DNA from: Amphiscolops sp. MND2022
Taxonomy: Eukaryota
Assembly (NCBI GenBank): GCA_964187785.1
Contig: OZ076409.1
Location: forward strand, 18,354,001-18,418,000
Length of the DNA stretch: 64,000 nt
Reading direction: 5' to 3'
Below the pieces are notes generated by a model. That model was not told the DNA's origin. It saw only the letters and a program-made list of their open reading frames with translations, and ran no database searches. Shown here in pieces: positions 63,950 through 64,000 of the stretch. Made by a program: the position numbers and the translations under genes. The number at the start of each line of letters is the position of its first letter. Position 1 is the stretch's first letter.

Positions 63950-64000
63950 CTATTTGAGCCTTTGTTGGTTTGGAGCGGCCCGGGGCGAGTAACCTGCTTG

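Overview
AT-rich eukaryotic (invertebrate-like metazoan) genomic DNA; the species cannot be identified from the sequence alone. The first 13 kb holds three co-oriented minus-strand housekeeping genes: POLR2D/RPB4 (2 exons), UBE2G1/Ubc7 (3 exons) and an intronless ECI2 (ACBP + crotonase). The remaining ~50 kb is a transposon graveyard: LINE fragments, a decayed BEL/Pao element with both LTRs, several Gypsy remnants (one env-like fusion protein, one TARG1-like macrodomain), a CRE-like RLE fragment, hAT and piggyBac non-autonomous elements, Helentron-like HINEs and tRNA-derived repeats. The main novelty is a set of about nine Mutator-like MITE families with unrelated tandem-motif TIR arms and 8-9 bp TSDs. 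All carry the same ~190 bp GC-rich structured core, which contains a GCGAAGC mini-hairpin. The core appears to be handed from family to family, the MITEs nest inside each other, and two core copies bound a 1.7 kb tandem duplication. An unrelated piggyBac MITE has a hairpin module of similar architecture. A second novelty is an LTR-like repeat family carrying an antisense SGNH-hydrolase-like ORF. All homology calls are by eye; no searches were run.
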